The notes: generated by a model not told the origin, from the sequence alone. 64,000 bases of DNA from Methanocaldococcus indicus (GCF_049554935.1 NZ_CP186926.1:192001-256000), one strand, 5' to 3'; counted from the stretch's first letter, positions 1 to 11,489 are shown. Translations and numbers: made by a program.

Positions 1-8
1 GATAATTG

Positions 9-452
9 ATGTTTGGAAGAGACCCATTTGACTCATTATTTGAAAGAATGTTTAGAGAAATGTTTTCAATGCCTATAGGAGGTAGTTCTATTATTCAAAC
101 TTCTTATGGTATCCAAATTTCTGGACAAGGATTTATGCCATTAGCAATAATAGAAGGAGACAACCATATAAAAGTAGTTGCATGGCTTCCAGGAGTTGCT
201 AAGGAGGATATAGTAGTAAATGCTGTTGGGGATACATTAGAGATAAGAGCTAAAAGAAGTCCATTAATGGTTACTGAAAGTGAAAGAGTTATATACTCTG
301 AAATTCCAGAAGATGAAGAAGTTGTTAGAAATATAAAATTACCATGTGTTGTCAAAGAAGAAGATGCTTCTGCTAAGTATGAAAATGGAGTATTATACAT
401 AACATTACCAAAAGCAGAATCCTCAAAGAAAAGAGGTATTAATATTGAATAA
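9..452 (+). CDS. Small heat shock protein (Hsp20/alpha-crystallin family)
   Basis: [25 protein letters not shown]-terminal INI motif; ATG at 9. Confidence 0.95.
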   Translation: MFGRDPFDSLFERMFREMFSMPIGGSSIIQTSYGIQISGQGFMPLAIIEGDNHIKVVAWLPGVAKEDIVVNAVGDTLEIRAKRSPLMVTESERVIYSEIPEDEEVVRNIKLPCVVKEEDASAKYENGVLYITLPKAESSKKRGINIE

Positions 453-622
453 AAATTTTTATATATAATCTTTTTATAAACTCTATTTTTTAATTTAATA
501 ATCTTTGGATGTATATAATAAACTTTTTTATACTAAATAAATAACAATATACTATTATTAGGAATAATTTTTCAATATTTCTCAATAATAATATAAAACC
601 AAACCTTTAAAGATGATTTGCT

Positions 623-910
623 ATGAAATGTCCATATTGTGGTAGTGAGGAATGTATTAATAAAAGTGCTTTAAACATTTATTTAAAAGCAGTTGAAACT
701 TTTCTTAAAAAGTATATCAACATTAAATTTAAGTATCCAGCAGTTGGAGAAGTAGGAATATGCAAAAAAACAGGAGGAAGAATATATTTATGCCCATACT
801 GTAAAGTTCCATTTAAAGCTCCATTTCTAAATAAAGGAGAAGGACATTTTAATTGTCCTAATTGCAATAAAACTTTAAATGTTCCAGCATCTAATAAATT
901 AGTTTGTTAA
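623..910 (+). CDS. Cys-rich multi-zinc-ribbon hypothetical protein
   Basis: Three CxxC pairs (CPYC, CPYC, CPNC) plus extra Cys. Confidence 0.75.
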   Translation: MKCPYCGSEECINKSALNIYLKAVETFLKKYINIKFKYPAVGEVGICKKTGGRIYLCPYCKVPFKAPFLNKGEGHFNCPNCNKTLNVPASNKLVC

Positions 911-1839
911 AAATCTTTTTCAGTTATTTCATCTAAAATATACTTCTCTAAATTATTATTTAGATACATTAAAAACTCTTTTGGAGTGTAAATAGGTTTA
1001 TTGTATCTTATATAATCATCTAATACTATCCTTGGGCAACCAACAACTATATAGCAATCAACATCATAATATAACAACTCAGGAGTTAAAGTATCTACAA
1101 TCATTTTTATATATCCAATTTTATTCTTTTTTAGCTCATTAATAATACTATTAAAAACTTTTATTCTTCTTTGTCCAACTTTGTCAATTAAAATAACTCC
1201 AACCTTTTTAGGTTTGTTAAAGAATAGCTTTGATATTGCTGTTAATCTTCTTTTTATAAATTTGTAGGACTCCTCTTTTCCTATTTTATCAAATTTTTTA
1301 ATCTCTGGATTGTAAATAGTAATGTCTTTCTTATATTTATATGACAATATCAATGGATGAAATCTACCATTTCCTACAAATAAAATCTCTTCTCTATCTT
1401 CTAAATTAGCTCTACAACCTAAAATAATTTTTGGATTAAATGTCTCTAAAAGCTTCTTATATTGTATTGTTGTGGCTATTTCTACATCTTTATCTTTTGT
1501 ATATTCTTCAATATCTTTTATTATCCTCTTTTTCTCTTCCTCATTAAATTTTCTAAAAGCTGGAATAAAAAGAACATTTTTATATTTTATATAACTTAAT
1601 GGCTCATGTCCATAATGAACTAATAAGTCGTAATCTATCTTTGGAATATCACAAGCTCCAAAACATGAACCTATATATAAAAAAATATCCACATTTAACA
1701 GCTTTTTAATTTTTTCAATTTCATTGACAACTAAATTTTTTATTCCTTCAGGAGCTTGAACTACAATTTTAGGATTTTCTTTTATTTTTAAAACTTCCTT
1801 TATTTTATTTATAACTTTTTCTGTCTCTAAATCATACAT
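907..1839 (-). CDS. dph2: Diphthamide biosynthesis Fe-S enzyme Dph2
   Basis: QAPEGI, SCFGACD, HYGH, ILGC, VGCPR motifs. Confidence 0.93.
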   Translation of the reverse strand: MYDLETEKVINKIKEVLKIKENPKIVVQAPEGIKNLVVNEIEKIKKLLNVDIFLYIGSCFGACDIPKIDYDLLVHYGHEPLSYIKYKNVLFIPAFRKFNEEEKKRIIKDIEEYTKDKDVEIATTIQYKKLLETFNPKIILGCRANLEDREEILFVGNGRFHPLILSYKYKKDITIYNPEIKKFDKIGKEESYKFIKRRLTAISKLFFNKPKKVGVILIDKVGQRRIKVFNSIINELKKNKIGYIKMIVDTLTPELLYYDVDCYIVVGCPRIVLDDYIRYNKPIYTPKEFLMYLNNNLEKYILDEITEKDF

Positions 1840-2519
1840 TTTTCCACAAACTCTCTTAAATCTTTTAAATTACCAAAATCTAACAAACCAACATCTGTTA
1901 TTGCAACAACATTAGAATTTAGATAATCTTCTCTTATAATTTTAGAAGATGGATAGTTGGATATCAAATCATTTCCTGGAGAAAATCTATTAAATGCTGG
2001 AAGAACTATATAATTATTATTTATTAAATATATAGGAAACTTAATTATACTTCCTAACTCATCTCTTAATCTTATTGAAGGATGCTCATGAGACAATATT
2101 AAAAAATCTTCTTTATCCATATATTTATGTCCATGTGTAATAACAAAATCATCTAATTTATAATGCTCCTCTAAATCAAAAGGACATAGAGTATCATGAT
2201 TACCTCTAATTAGTATAAGTTCAACCTCACTCTTTAACTCCTTTATAAATTCATCTAATAACTTTATCTCCTTTGGATAGGGCTTAAAGTTGTGTTTTAT
2301 ATCTCCATTTATTATAAGTTTTTTTAATTTGAACTTATGAATTGTCTCTTTTATATCATTTAATACTCTCTCCATATGAACCATAGGGAACATTGCCCCA
2401 GATTCACAAAAATGCACATCAAATCCAATATGCAAATCACCAATAATGCCAACTTTTTTGTATATTAGGCATCTGGCATTTGTTAGTTTAAATTTACCAA
2501 ACTTCATGTAGTCTTTCAT
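1827..2519 (-). CDS. Calcineurin-like metallophosphoesterase
   Basis: DLHIG, NGDIKH, GNHD, HGH, HEHP. Confidence 0.9.
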   Translation of the reverse strand: MKDYMKFGKFKLTNARCLIYKKVGIIGDLHIGFDVHFCESGAMFPMVHMERVLNDIKETIHKFKLKKLIINGDIKHNFKPYPKEIKLLDEFIKELKSEVELILIRGNHDTLCPFDLEEHYKLDDFVITHGHKYMDKEDFLILSHEHPSIRLRDELGSIIKFPIYLINNNYIVLPAFNRFSPGNDLISNYPSSKIIREDYLNSNVVAITDVGLLDFGNLKDLREFVEKCMI

Positions 2520-2523
2520 AAAT

Positions 2524-3321
2524 CTATAATCTATCTCTATAGTATAAAGCTATTCCTCTAATGTAAAATACTGATAAATAAAAACTTACAAACATCTGTA
2601 TTCCATACAACAATGAATCCACTACTATACTGATTAGTTGATATTTCATTAATAAGAAAGAAACTATAATTCTTGGAAATGAAAATATTGAGCTAATAAC
2701 TACTCCTATAATTCCTAATAAGATAACCAATACAACATATTTTAATGACATCATTGAAAAAATTCTCTTAAAATCAAAAAATCCAAAGAAACCATTTAGG
2801 GAGTAATTAACATCAGCTAAGGATTTATAAAATCCATATATAACTATTAAAATAAAAAATAAGACAAATCCTAAAATTAAAAATATGACTCCTATTGGGG
2901 CTGCTATAAAAAATGTTAATATACCTACACCAAAAATAACTGCTGGAATAAATATAAATACAATAAATAATAATATTGAACCAACAAAGTATAATAAACC
3001 TTTTTTAAACATATCAAAGATATTGTTCCATTTTGGTGCTAAGCCATCTCCTTCTACAGTAGTTTTCATAACTCTAACTAAATACCCTTGAATAATAAAG
3101 CTCACTATAAAAAATGCAACTACAACAATAGCAGTTATTATAAGTATAATAGACATAGATAAATTGAATTCATAATTATTAGCTAATTTTTCTAAAAATA
3201 AACCACTACCTCCTGACAACATTCCTAAGAAAAAATATAGTATTGCTCCTGGAAGAAGTTCTTTAAAGTTTAAAGTTATGTAATAATAGCTATCTTTTAT
3301 ATAATCTTCAATGCTTCTCAT
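2524..3321 (-). CDS. Multi-pass membrane protein (DUF4013-like)
   Basis: Hydrophobic helices; GYLVRVMK...PKW pattern. Confidence 0.75.
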   Translation of the reverse strand: MRSIEDYIKDSYYYITLNFKELLPGAILYFFLGMLSGGSGLFLEKLANNYEFNLSMSIILIITAIVVVAFFIVSFIIQGYLVRVMKTTVEGDGLAPKWNNIFDMFKKGLLYFVGSILLFIVFIFIPAVIFGVGILTFFIAAPIGVIFLILGFVLFFILIVIYGFYKSLADVNYSLNGFFGFFDFKRIFSMMSLKYVVLVILLGIIGVVISSIFSFPRIIVSFLLMKYQLISIVVDSLLYGIQMFVSFYLSVFYIRGIALYYRDRL

Positions 3322-3396
3322 AATCTACCACAAATAATATTTTATTTATAATTTTATTTGTATATGGAAATATAAATAATTTATTGAAAAAATTTT

Positions 3397-4452
3397 TTAA
3401 ATAAATCCAAATATATAACCTGCTAAGGTAGAAAATAAAATGACAAGAGCAAAATAAACAGCAGATTTTTTCTTACCTATTATTTTTAATATAGCTAAAA
3501 ATGTTGCAAAACTTACACTTGGTCCAGCTAACAATAGTGCCATTGCAGGACCTTTGTTCATACCTAAATCCAATAATGCTTTAACTATTGGTACTTCTGT
3601 TAATGTAGCAAAATACATTGTTGCACCTAAAACTGAGGTTATTAAATTACTTACTATTGTGTTTTTTCCTAAATATTCAACAATAATATCTTGGGGAATT
3701 ATAGCTTTTAAAACTCCTGCAATTGCAACTCCTAAAATTAATAATGGGAATATTGTTCTAATCAATATATAACTTTCATATAACCAGCTCTTTATTTGTT
3801 TATCTGTAAAGTATTTTTTTAAAATAATAATTAGAATTATCAACAGTAATAAATATATCAAATGCTTAACTAAGAAAATTCCAAATATTGGAATTGACAA
3901 TAAAGGAAATACTTTTGGTGAAGCAGTTATAACAATTAACATTAAGAAAAGAATGCCAAAAAATATCAATATACTATTTAAATTTTCTATTTTTCCTTCT
4001 CTAACTCTTAGTTTTTTCTTACTCTTACCAAATATCATGTCCATTATTATTCCTATAACTATTCCAAGTATTATAGCTGCAACTAATCTATAAATTCCAA
4101 AATCCCAACCTAATAAAGCAGCTGAGTAAAATATTGCCAAAATATTTATGGCTGGTCCAGAATAAAGAAAAGTTATTGCTACTCCTAAATTAGCCCCTCT
4201 TTTGTATAAAGATGCAAATAATGGAATTATTGTGCATGAACAAACTGTTAAAATAGCTCCACTAACAGATGCTATTAAGTAGGAGTAGATATCCCCTCTA
4301 CCAAAATATTTTATAATATAATTTTTATCTATCATTGTAGTTATTCCTCCTGCTATTAGAAAAGCTGTTATTAATGCCAAAACTCTGTTAAAACTTAGAT
4401 AATCAATAGCTGTCTGTATCATAACTTTTAAAATATATATTAAAAAGTCCAT
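3397..4452 (-). CDS. DUF318/ArsP-like permease
   Basis: LTVCSCTIIPLF, FLYSGPAIN, YFATLTEVP, LLAGPSVS; many TM helices. Confidence 0.88.
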   Translation of the reverse strand: MDFLIYILKVMIQTAIDYLSFNRVLALITAFLIAGGITTMIDKNYIIKYFGRGDIYSYLIASVSGAILTVCSCTIIPLFASLYKRGANLGVAITFLYSGPAINILAIFYSAALLGWDFGIYRLVAAIILGIVIGIIMDMIFGKSKKKLRVREGKIENLNSILIFFGILFLMLIVITASPKVFPLLSIPIFGIFLVKHLIYLLLLIILIIILKKYFTDKQIKSWLYESYILIRTIFPLLILGVAIAGVLKAIIPQDIIVEYLGKNTIVSNLITSVLGATMYFATLTEVPIVKALLDLGMNKGPAMALLLAGPSVSFATFLAILKIIGKKKSAVYFALVILFSTLAGYIFGFI

Positions 4453-4458
4453 ATATTG

Positions 4459-4614
4459 TCACCTAAATCTTTTTTTATTTATGTTGTAAGTCATTTTTTC
4501 CCCACATTTTGGACATTTTGGTAGTTCTATTTGAGATGCTAAACATGGACACACATCCACCTTATATCTCATTTTATACATGCATTTTGGACATATCAAA
4601 TTCCAAATAATCAT
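4459..4614 (-). CDS. Small zinc-ribbon protein, 51 aa (absent from ORF track)
   Basis: Manual translation MIIWNLICPKCMYKMRYKVDVCPCLASQIELPKCPKCGEKMTYNINKKRFR; fills the gap between the CGGC and permease genes. Confidence 0.8.
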   Translation of the reverse strand: MIIWNLICPKCMYKMRYKVDVCPCLASQIELPKCPKCGEKMTYNINKKRFR

Positions 4615-4666
4615 ATTATCACATATTTAATATAATTAATTTATATATGTAAAAAAATTTATTAAA

Positions 4667-5038
4667 TTATTCCTTACATGAGCAAACAAAACCTTCAACT
4701 TCTTTAACTATCTTGTGAGTTCCTAAAATTATTGGAATCTCTAATTCTTTCATCATTTCTTTTGCTATTTCTTCAAATTTTAAATATGGACAGTTAAATG
4801 AACATGAGGCAATATGAATAGCTTCAGCCCCAACAACATCCTTTAACACATTTAATCTTGTCTTAAATCTGACTCCTGGGCATCCTCCACAGTTTGTAAA
4901 AGCAATTAACTTAACATCTTTATATCTTTCAAAAGCTCCCTTTTTCTCATTAACATTTTTAAAACAACTAACACATGCCTCTTTTCCTCCACAACCCATT
5001 TCCATCATTTTCTTACATCCAATTATTGCAACTTTCAT
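4667..5038 (-). CDS. CGGC domain protein
   Basis: IIGC, FTNCGGCPG, IHIASC, CP, GTH. Confidence 0.9.
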   Translation of the reverse strand: MKVAIIGCKKMMEMGCGGKEACVSCFKNVNEKKGAFERYKDVKLIAFTNCGGCPGVRFKTRLNVLKDVVGAEAIHIASCSFNCPYLKFEEIAKEMMKELEIPIILGTHKIVKEVEGFVCSCKE

Positions 5039-5292
5039 TGCTCTCCCTCCAAATATTTTTTAAGTTCTTCTTTTATTTCTTCAACTGTTGGCACTTTTCC
5101 TTCAAATACTACATAATCATCAAAAGCTACTCCTGGAGCTACAAATATCCACTCAGATATTTCATTTATATCAGTTACTTTTTTTATTTCTACCTTATCT
5201 TTTAAATTTAGTTCTTCGACAGCTTTAACAACATTTTCATAAGTTTGATTACATTTAGGACATCCTGTTCCAAATACTCTTATTATCATCAA
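5035..5292 (-). CDS. Small thioredoxin-family redox-active disulfide protein (MTH895-like)
   Basis: GTGCPKC active site; PGVAFD..V.FEGKVP. Confidence 0.9.
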   Translation of the reverse strand: MMIIRVFGTGCPKCNQTYENVVKAVEELNLKDKVEIKKVTDINEISEWIFVAPGVAFDDYVVFEGKVPTVEEIKEELKKYLEGEQ

Positions 5293-5448
5293 TATCTCCC
5301 TTGATATCTAAATTTATTATTACTGTCTAAAATTTATTGTCTAAATATAATATTTATAAGTTTCTATTATTGAATTATTGGATTATAAACATATTTTTAA
5401 AATATATTTAAATATTTAAAACTAATGTTAATAAGAACTACATATCAA

Positions 5449-5465
5449 CCAAATATATATATTTT
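5449..5465 (+). promoter_or_regulatory. Putative BRE/TATA of the mcr operon
   Basis: ccaaatatatatattt about 90 bp upstream of mcrB; AT-rich background lowers specificity. Confidence 0.4.
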
Positions 5466-5552
5466 GTGCTTTGATTTTTATGTGTAACTTTAATATATAT
5501 GCGGGTTAAGTTAATTTATTTGTAAAGTAAAAAATTTTGAGGTGTAGGAATT

Positions 5553-6884
5553 ATGAAATATAAAGATACAATTGACTTGTATGATGCAAAAGGTAATTTA
5601 GTAGAGGAAAAAGTCCCATTAGAAGCTATAAGTCCATTGTATAACCCAACTATACAAAAATTAGTAAAAGATGTTAAAAGAACAGTTGCAGTTAATTTAG
5701 CAGGAATAGAAAATGCTTTAAGAACTGGTCAAGTAGGGGGTAAAGGAAACAGAATAATGGGTAGAGAGTTGGATTTACCAATAGTTGAAAATGCTGAAAC
5801 AATTGCTGAATATGTTGAAAAAGTTATTAGAGTTTCTGAAGATGATGATACAAATGTTAAATTAATTAATGATGGAAAACAGATGGTCGTACAAATGCCA
5901 TCTAAAAGATTAGAAATTGCAGCTGAATATTCAGTCTCTACATTGGTAACTGCTCAAGCATTAAAGGAAGCAATAATAAGAACATTTGATGTTGATTTAT
6001 TTGATGCTCCAATGGTTCATGCTGCTATCTTAGGAGGATATCCTCAGGAAGTTACAATGAAAGGAGCTAATATTGCAGGATTATTAGGAAATCCATTAAC
6101 CTTAGAATGTCCTGGTTATGCATTAAGAAATATTATGGTTAATCACTTTGTTGCTTGTACTAAAAAGAATACAATGAATGCTGTTGCATTTGCTTCAATT
6201 ATGGAACAAACTGCAATGTTTGAAATGGGAGATGCTGTTGGAGCATTTGAAAGATTACATTTATTAGGTTTAGCATACCAAGGATTAAATGCTGATAACT
6301 TAGTTATTGACTTAGTTAAAGAAAATGGTAAAACAGGAACTGTTGGAACTGTCATAACATCATTATTAAATAGAGCACTAGAAGATGGAATAATAAAAGA
6401 AGATAAAACATTAGAGTCAGGATTTAAATTATATAAACCAGTAGATGTAGCTAAATGGAACGCTTATGCAGCTGCTGGATTAGTTGCAGCTGTTATTGTC
6501 AATGTTGGTGCTGCAAGAGCAGCTCAAGGTGTAGCATCAACAATCTTATACTACAACGATATCTTAGAATATGAAACTGGGCTACCTGGAGTAGATTTCG
6601 GAAGATGTGAAGGTACAGCAGTTGGATTCTCATTCTTCTCCCACTCTATCTATGGAGGAGGAGGTCCAGGAATATTCAACGGAAACCACATCGTTACAAG
6701 ACACTCTAAAGGATTCGCTATTCCACCAGTTGCTGCTGCAATGTGTTTAGATGCAGGAACACAAATGTTCTCACCTGAAAGAACATCAGCATTAATTGGA
6801 GCAGTATTTAGTGCAATTGATGAATTTAGAGAACCACTAAAATATGTTATAGAAGGAGCTTTAGAAGTTAAAGATAAAATCTAA
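5553..6884 (+). CDS. mcrB: Methyl-coenzyme M reductase beta subunit
   Basis: [29 protein letters not shown]; GAGGTG SD. Confidence 0.99.
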   Translation: MKYKDTIDLYDAKGNLVEEKVPLEAISPLYNPTIQKLVKDVKRTVAVNLAGIENALRTGQVGGKGNRIMGRELDLPIVENAETIAEYVEKVIRVSEDDDTNVKLINDGKQMVVQMPSKRLEIAAEYSVSTLVTAQALKEAIIRTFDVDLFDAPMVHAAILGGYPQEVTMKGANIAGLLGNPLTLECPGYALRNIMVNHFVACTKKNTMNAVAFASIMEQTAMFEMGDAVGAFERLHLLGLAYQGLNADNLVIDLVKENGKTGTVGTVITSLLNRALEDGIIKEDKTLESGFKLYKPVDVAKWNAYAAAGLVAAVIVNVGAARAAQGVASTILYYNDILEYETGLPGVDFGRCEGTAVGFSFFSHSIYGGGGPGIFNGNHIVTRHSKGFAIPPVAAAMCLDAGTQMFSPERTSALIGAVFSAIDEFREPLKYVIEGALEVKDKI

Positions 6885-6898
6885 AATAGCTGATTTAT

Positions 6899-7393
6899 AT
6901 GATTGAGATTGAAATCTTCCCTCACAGATATCTAAAAGCTTCAACAACTGAAAAATTCTTAAATAAACTTTATGATTTAGAAAGTGTTGAAAGAGTTGTT
7001 ATTCATGGGCAATCCTTGCCCAAAACTGTTCCTTTTGGGCCAGCAAAAGGTTTGCCAGTTAATCATTCAGAAAGAAAAATTATAAATGTAAAAGGAGTCC
7101 CAATAGAGCTTACAGTTATGGCTGGAAGGTTTATAGTAACTTTAAAAGATGATAGTGAGATAGACAAAATTCATGAAATTTGTAAAGAGTTATTTCCATT
7201 TGGTTATAATCTAAAAGTTGGCAAATTCTTAAAAGATAAACCTACTGTTACAGATTATCTAAAATATGGTGAAGAAGGAGTACATTTAATAAATGAAATG
7301 GACAAGAGATTAATTGGATTAATTGACCCAAGAAGTAGGTTAAAAACCAATGTTGCAATTATAGAAAAAGATGATTCTGATGCCAGTAGGTAG
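6899..7393 (+). CDS. mcrD: MCR operon protein D
   Basis: IEIFPHRYL...[10 protein letters not shown]; position in operon. Confidence 0.97.
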   Translation: MIEIEIFPHRYLKASTTEKFLNKLYDLESVERVVIHGQSLPKTVPFGPAKGLPVNHSERKIINVKGVPIELTVMAGRFIVTLKDDSEIDKIHEICKELFPFGYNLKVGKFLKDKPTVTDYLKYGEEGVHLINEMDKRLIGLIDPRSRLKTNVAIIEKDDSDASR

Positions 7394-7976
7394 ATTTGAG
7401 CAGATTATTGATTGCAGAGCTGTAATGGGATTGGGTGAAGGTGGAGGTTTAGCCCAAAGAGGGACTTTAGCAGAAGCTTTAAAAAATGATGTTATTGTTG
7501 TAGCGATGTCTCCTGGGAGGAGACATATAACTAAGCCTGTATGTGAAATAACATATGGAATAAGAGAAGCTGGAATAAATACAAGTGTTCTCGTCTTAAA
7601 TGCTGGCTCTGGAATACCAAGTGATACTCCAAGAGGTTCTTTAGGTTCAACTTTTGGTTTAAAACCTGAAGAAGTTGAGCAAATAAATAGACATAAGCTT
7701 TGTATAGTTCATTTTGGCAATGTTATAAGCCATATTGTATATAAAGCTGGTTTGTTTATGAAATATGTTGAAATTCCCACAATAATTGTTTGCCAAGCCC
7801 CTGTAGATTTCGAAGATTTGGCTAAATATGGTATAAAGACAAGAGAGGTTATGCCCCTTCATCCAAAATCAAAAGGAGTTGTTGTTGATATAGTTACAGG
7901 AGTTATTAGAGGGGAATCAGTTCCTCAAACTAAAATAGATGAAATCATTAAAAAGATAAAGAAATATCTGAGGTGA
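7380..7976 (+). CDS. mcrC: MCR operon protein C
   Basis: [25 protein letters not shown]. Confidence 0.97.
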   Translation: MPVGRFEQIIDCRAVMGLGEGGGLAQRGTLAEALKNDVIVVAMSPGRRHITKPVCEITYGIREAGINTSVLVLNAGSGIPSDTPRGSLGSTFGLKPEEVEQINRHKLCIVHFGNVISHIVYKAGLFMKYVEIPTIIVCQAPVDFEDLAKYGIKTREVMPLHPKSKGVVVDIVTGVIRGESVPQTKIDEIIKKIKKYLR

Positions 7977-7981
7977 TAAAA

Positions 7982-8764
7982 ATGGCATATGAACCACAAT
8001 ACTATCCAGGAAGTACAAAAATTGCTCAAAATAGAAGAAACCACATGAATCCAAATGTTGAGTTAGAGAAATTAAGAGATATCCCAGATGATGATATTGT
8101 AAGAGTAATGGGTCATAGACAACCAGGGGAAGATTATAAAACAGTTCATCCTCCATTAGAAGAGATGGACTTACCAGAAGATTACGTTAGAGATTTAGTT
8201 GAACCAATACAAGGGGCAAAAGAAGGGCATAGAATTAGATATATTCAATTTGCTGACTCTATGTATAATGCTCCTGCTCAACCTTATGATAGAGCAAGAA
8301 CATACATGTGGAGATTTAGAGGAGTAGATACAGGAACTCTATCAGGAAGACAAGTTATTGAAATGAGAGAAAGTGACTTAGAGAAGATATCTAAAAACTT
8401 CTTAATTGATACTGCTTTCTATGACCCTGCAAGATGTGGTATTAGAGGAGCTACTGTCCATGGACACTCTTTAAGATTAGATGAAAATGGTTTAATGTTT
8501 GATGCTCTACAAAGATATGTCTATGATGAAAAGACAGGACACGTTGTCTATGTTAAAGACCAAGTTGGAAGACCATTAGATGAGCCAGTTGATATGGGAG
8601 AACCTCTTCCAGAAGAAAAATTAGTTGAAATAACAACAATATATAGAAAAGATAACATTGGTTTAAGACAAGATGAAGAGCTTATAACAGTCATAAAAAG
8701 AATCCATAGAGCAAGAACCTTAGGAGGGTTCATACCACAAGAAGATATCTTTGAAAAATTATAA
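7982..8764 (+). CDS. mcrG: Methyl-coenzyme M reductase gamma subunit
   Basis: GTLSGRQVIE, RGATVHGHSLRLDENG. Confidence 0.99.
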   Translation: MAYEPQYYPGSTKIAQNRRNHMNPNVELEKLRDIPDDDIVRVMGHRQPGEDYKTVHPPLEEMDLPEDYVRDLVEPIQGAKEGHRIRYIQFADSMYNAPAQPYDRARTYMWRFRGVDTGTLSGRQVIEMRESDLEKISKNFLIDTAFYDPARCGIRGATVHGHSLRLDENGLMFDALQRYVYDEKTGHVVYVKDQVGRPLDEPVDMGEPLPEEKLVEITTIYRKDNIGLRQDEELITVIKRIHRARTLGGFIPQEDIFEKL

Positions 8765-8788
8765 ATAAAATTTTTTGAGGTGATAAAG

Positions 8789-10450
8789 ATGGAAGCAGAA
8801 AAAAGATTGTTCTTAAAAGCTTTAAAAGAGAAATTTGAAGAAGACCCAAAAGAAAAATATACAAAGTTCTATGTATTTGGAGGATGGAAACAATCAGCAA
8901 GAAAAAGAGAGTTTGTTGAAGCAGCTCAAAAATTAATTGAAAAAAGAGGAGGTATCCCATTCTACAACCCAGATATTGGAGTTCCATTAGGGCAAAGAAA
9001 ATTAATGCCATATAAGATATCTAACACTGATGCAATTGTTGAAGGTGATGACTTACACTTTATGAACAATGCTGCTATGCAACAAATGTGGGATGACATA
9101 AGAAGAACAGTTATTGTTGGTATGGATACAGCTCACGCAGTTCTTGAAAAAAGATTAGTGGTAGAGGTTACTCCTGAGACAATAAATGAGTATATGGAAA
9201 CCATCAACCACGCTCTTCCTGGTGGAGCAGTTGTTCAAGAGCACATGGTTGAAGTACATCCTGCATTAGTTTGGGACTGTTACGCTAAGATATTTACTGG
9301 AGATGATGAATTAGCAGATGAAATAGATAAAAGATTCTTAATTGACATAAACAAATTATTCCCAGAAGAGCAAGCAGAGCAAATTAAAAAAGCTATTGGA
9401 AAAAGAACCTACCAAGTTTCAAGAGTTCCTACATTAGTTGGTAGAGTTTGTGATGGGGGAACAATAGCAAGATGGAGTGCAATGCAAATTGGAATGAGTT
9501 TCATTACAGCTTACAAATTATGTGCTGGAGAAGCAGCTATTGCAGACTTCTCCTATGCTGCTAAGCACGCAGATGTTATCCAAATGGCTTCCTTCTTACC
9601 AGCAAGAAGAGCAAGAGGTCCAAATGAGCCAGGTGGAATGTTCTTTGGAATCTTAGCAGATGTTGTTCAAACATCAAGAGTTTCAGAAGACCCTGTTGAG
9701 CAATCATTAGAAGTTGTTGCTGCAGGAGCTATGTTATATGACCAAATCTGGTTAGGAGGTTATATGTCAGGTGGGGTTGGATTCACACAGTATGCATCAG
9801 CATCATATACAGATGACATATTAGATGACTTCTCATACTATGGATATGACTATATAACTAAGAAATATGGAGGATGTAACAGCGTAAAACCAACAATGGA
9901 TGTCGTTGAAGATATAGCTGGAGAGGTTACATTATATGCATTAGAACAATATGACGAATATCCAGCTTTATTAGAAGACCACTTCGGAGGTTCTCAAAGA
10001 GCAGCTGTAACAGCAGCTGCATCAGGAATTTCAGTTGCATTAGCTACTGGAAACTCAAACGCTGGGTTAAATGGATGGTATTTAAGCCAAATAATGCATA
10101 AAGAATACCACAGTAGACTAGGATTCTATGGATATGACTTACAAGACCAATGTGGAGCTGCTAATTCATTATCTATAAGAAATGATAAATCATCACCATT
10201 AGAATTAAGAGGTCCAAACTATCCAAACTATGCAATGAACGTAGGTCACCAAGGAGAATATGCTGGAATTGCACAAGCAGCTCACTCTGCAAGAGGAGAT
10301 GCCTTTGCATTGAACCCATTAATTAAAGTTGCATTTGCAGACCCAAGCTTAATCTTTGATTTCAGATATCCAAGAAAAGAGTTTGCAAGAGGTGCTTTAA
10401 GAGAGTTCGAACCTGCTGGAGAAAGAGACCCAATCATTCCGGCTCACTAA
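8789..10450 (+). CDS. mcrA: Methyl-coenzyme M reductase alpha subunit
   Basis: [41 protein letters not shown]. Confidence 0.99.
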   Translation: MEAEKRLFLKALKEKFEEDPKEKYTKFYVFGGWKQSARKREFVEAAQKLIEKRGGIPFYNPDIGVPLGQRKLMPYKISNTDAIVEGDDLHFMNNAAMQQMWDDIRRTVIVGMDTAHAVLEKRLVVEVTPETINEYMETINHALPGGAVVQEHMVEVHPALVWDCYAKIFTGDDELADEIDKRFLIDINKLFPEEQAEQIKKAIGKRTYQVSRVPTLVGRVCDGGTIARWSAMQIGMSFITAYKLCAGEAAIADFSYAAKHADVIQMASFLPARRARGPNEPGGMFFGILADVVQTSRVSEDPVEQSLEVVAAGAMLYDQIWLGGYMSGGVGFTQYASASYTDDILDDFSYYGYDYITKKYGGCNSVKPTMDVVEDIAGEVTLYALEQYDEYPALLEDHFGGSQRAAVTAAASGISVALATGNSNAGLNGWYLSQIMHKEYHSRLGFYGYDLQDQCGAANSLSIRNDKSSPLELRGPNYPNYAMNVGHQGEYAGIAQAAHSARGDAFALNPLIKVAFADPSLIFDFRYPRKEFARGALREFEPAGERDPIIPAH

Positions 10451-10456
10451 ATCTAA

Positions 10457-10468
10457 ATTTTTTTATTA
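10457..10468 (+). terminator. Oligo-T terminator after mcrA
   Basis: T-run directly after the stop codon. Confidence 0.45.
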
Positions 10469-10537
10469 TGTTTTAGATTGTTATGAACAATAAAACTATT
10501 AAAATTTTTTTGAATTGTATTCTAATTTCCTTTATAA

Positions 10538-10552
10538 TAATGTTTATATATT
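10538..10552 (+). promoter_or_regulatory. Putative TATA box of the mtr operon
   Basis: TTTATATA at 10543-10550, about 45 bp upstream of mtrE. Confidence 0.5.
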
Positions 10553-10592
10553 GAAAAAATTATTAAATGACTAAAATTATTTGGGGGATATT

Positions 10593-11489
10593 ATGGATAC
10601 ATTGTTAATATCTTTGGGAGCTTTGGCTTTATGTGGAGCATTAGCAACTATTGCAGGTTGTGCAGAAGATATAGAGTCAGATGTAGGTTCTCAATCAAAC
10701 CCAAACTCACAAGTTCAGTTAGCTCCACAAATGGGTAATATACACAGATACTACAACAAAGCTATCTCTGGGGAGCCAGTTGCTTATGGTTTATATGTTG
10801 CAGTTGCAGGAGGAATTGCTTATGCTTTAATGAACTATGGTTTTAATCCAATATTTGCTTTAATTATTGGAGTAGGTATTGCTGCCTTAGTTCATGGAGC
10901 ATATGCTGTTTCAGCGTATTTAGGTAGAATCGTTGGACAATCAAAAAGTTTTGGTCAACCAGTTTATTTAGATGTTATTTTGTCCCATTTAGGGCCTATT
11001 GTTGGACATGGATTTATTGCAGTTTTCTGTATTGTTTTGATGGCATATTTAACTGATACTATATTAGGAAATCCGTTCCCATTACCATTAATAGCATTAA
11101 TATTTGGTATTACTGTAGGGGCTATTGGTTCCTCTACAGGGGATGTTCATTATGGAGCTGAAAGAGAATATCAAAAATATCCATTTGGAGGTGGAGTCCC
11201 AGTAGCCAATCATGGAGATATTGATATAAAAGCAGAACATGGTTTAAGAAATAGTTTAGACTCATCATATTTCTGTGTTAGATTAGGAGGACCTTTAACA
11301 GGTTTATGTTTTGGTTTAATCGTATTTTTAGATGGTTGGAGAGGAATAATTGGAAACATAATAGAGAAAAATCCTATATCATCAGCAATAGTTGCAATAG
11401 TTATTGGGCTAATAATTGTTGCTGCTTTAGCAATAATAAATAGAAAAGTTGAAGTATTTGCAAGAGAAAAATATGGGCCATATCAATAA
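10593..11489 (+). CDS. mtrE: Methyl-H4MPT:CoM methyltransferase subunit E
   Basis: AEDIESDVGSQSNPNSQVQLAPQ. Confidence 0.98.
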   Translation: MDTLLISLGALALCGALATIAGCAEDIESDVGSQSNPNSQVQLAPQMGNIHRYYNKAISGEPVAYGLYVAVAGGIAYALMNYGFNPIFALIIGVGIAALVHGAYAVSAYLGRIVGQSKSFGQPVYLDVILSHLGPIVGHGFIAVFCIVLMAYLTDTILGNPFPLPLIALIFGITVGAIGSSTGDVHYGAEREYQKYPFGGGVPVANHGDIDIKAEHGLRNSLDSSYFCVRLGGPLTGLCFGLIVFLDGWRGIIGNIIEKNPISSAIVAIVIGLIIVAALAIINRKVEVFAREKYGPYQ

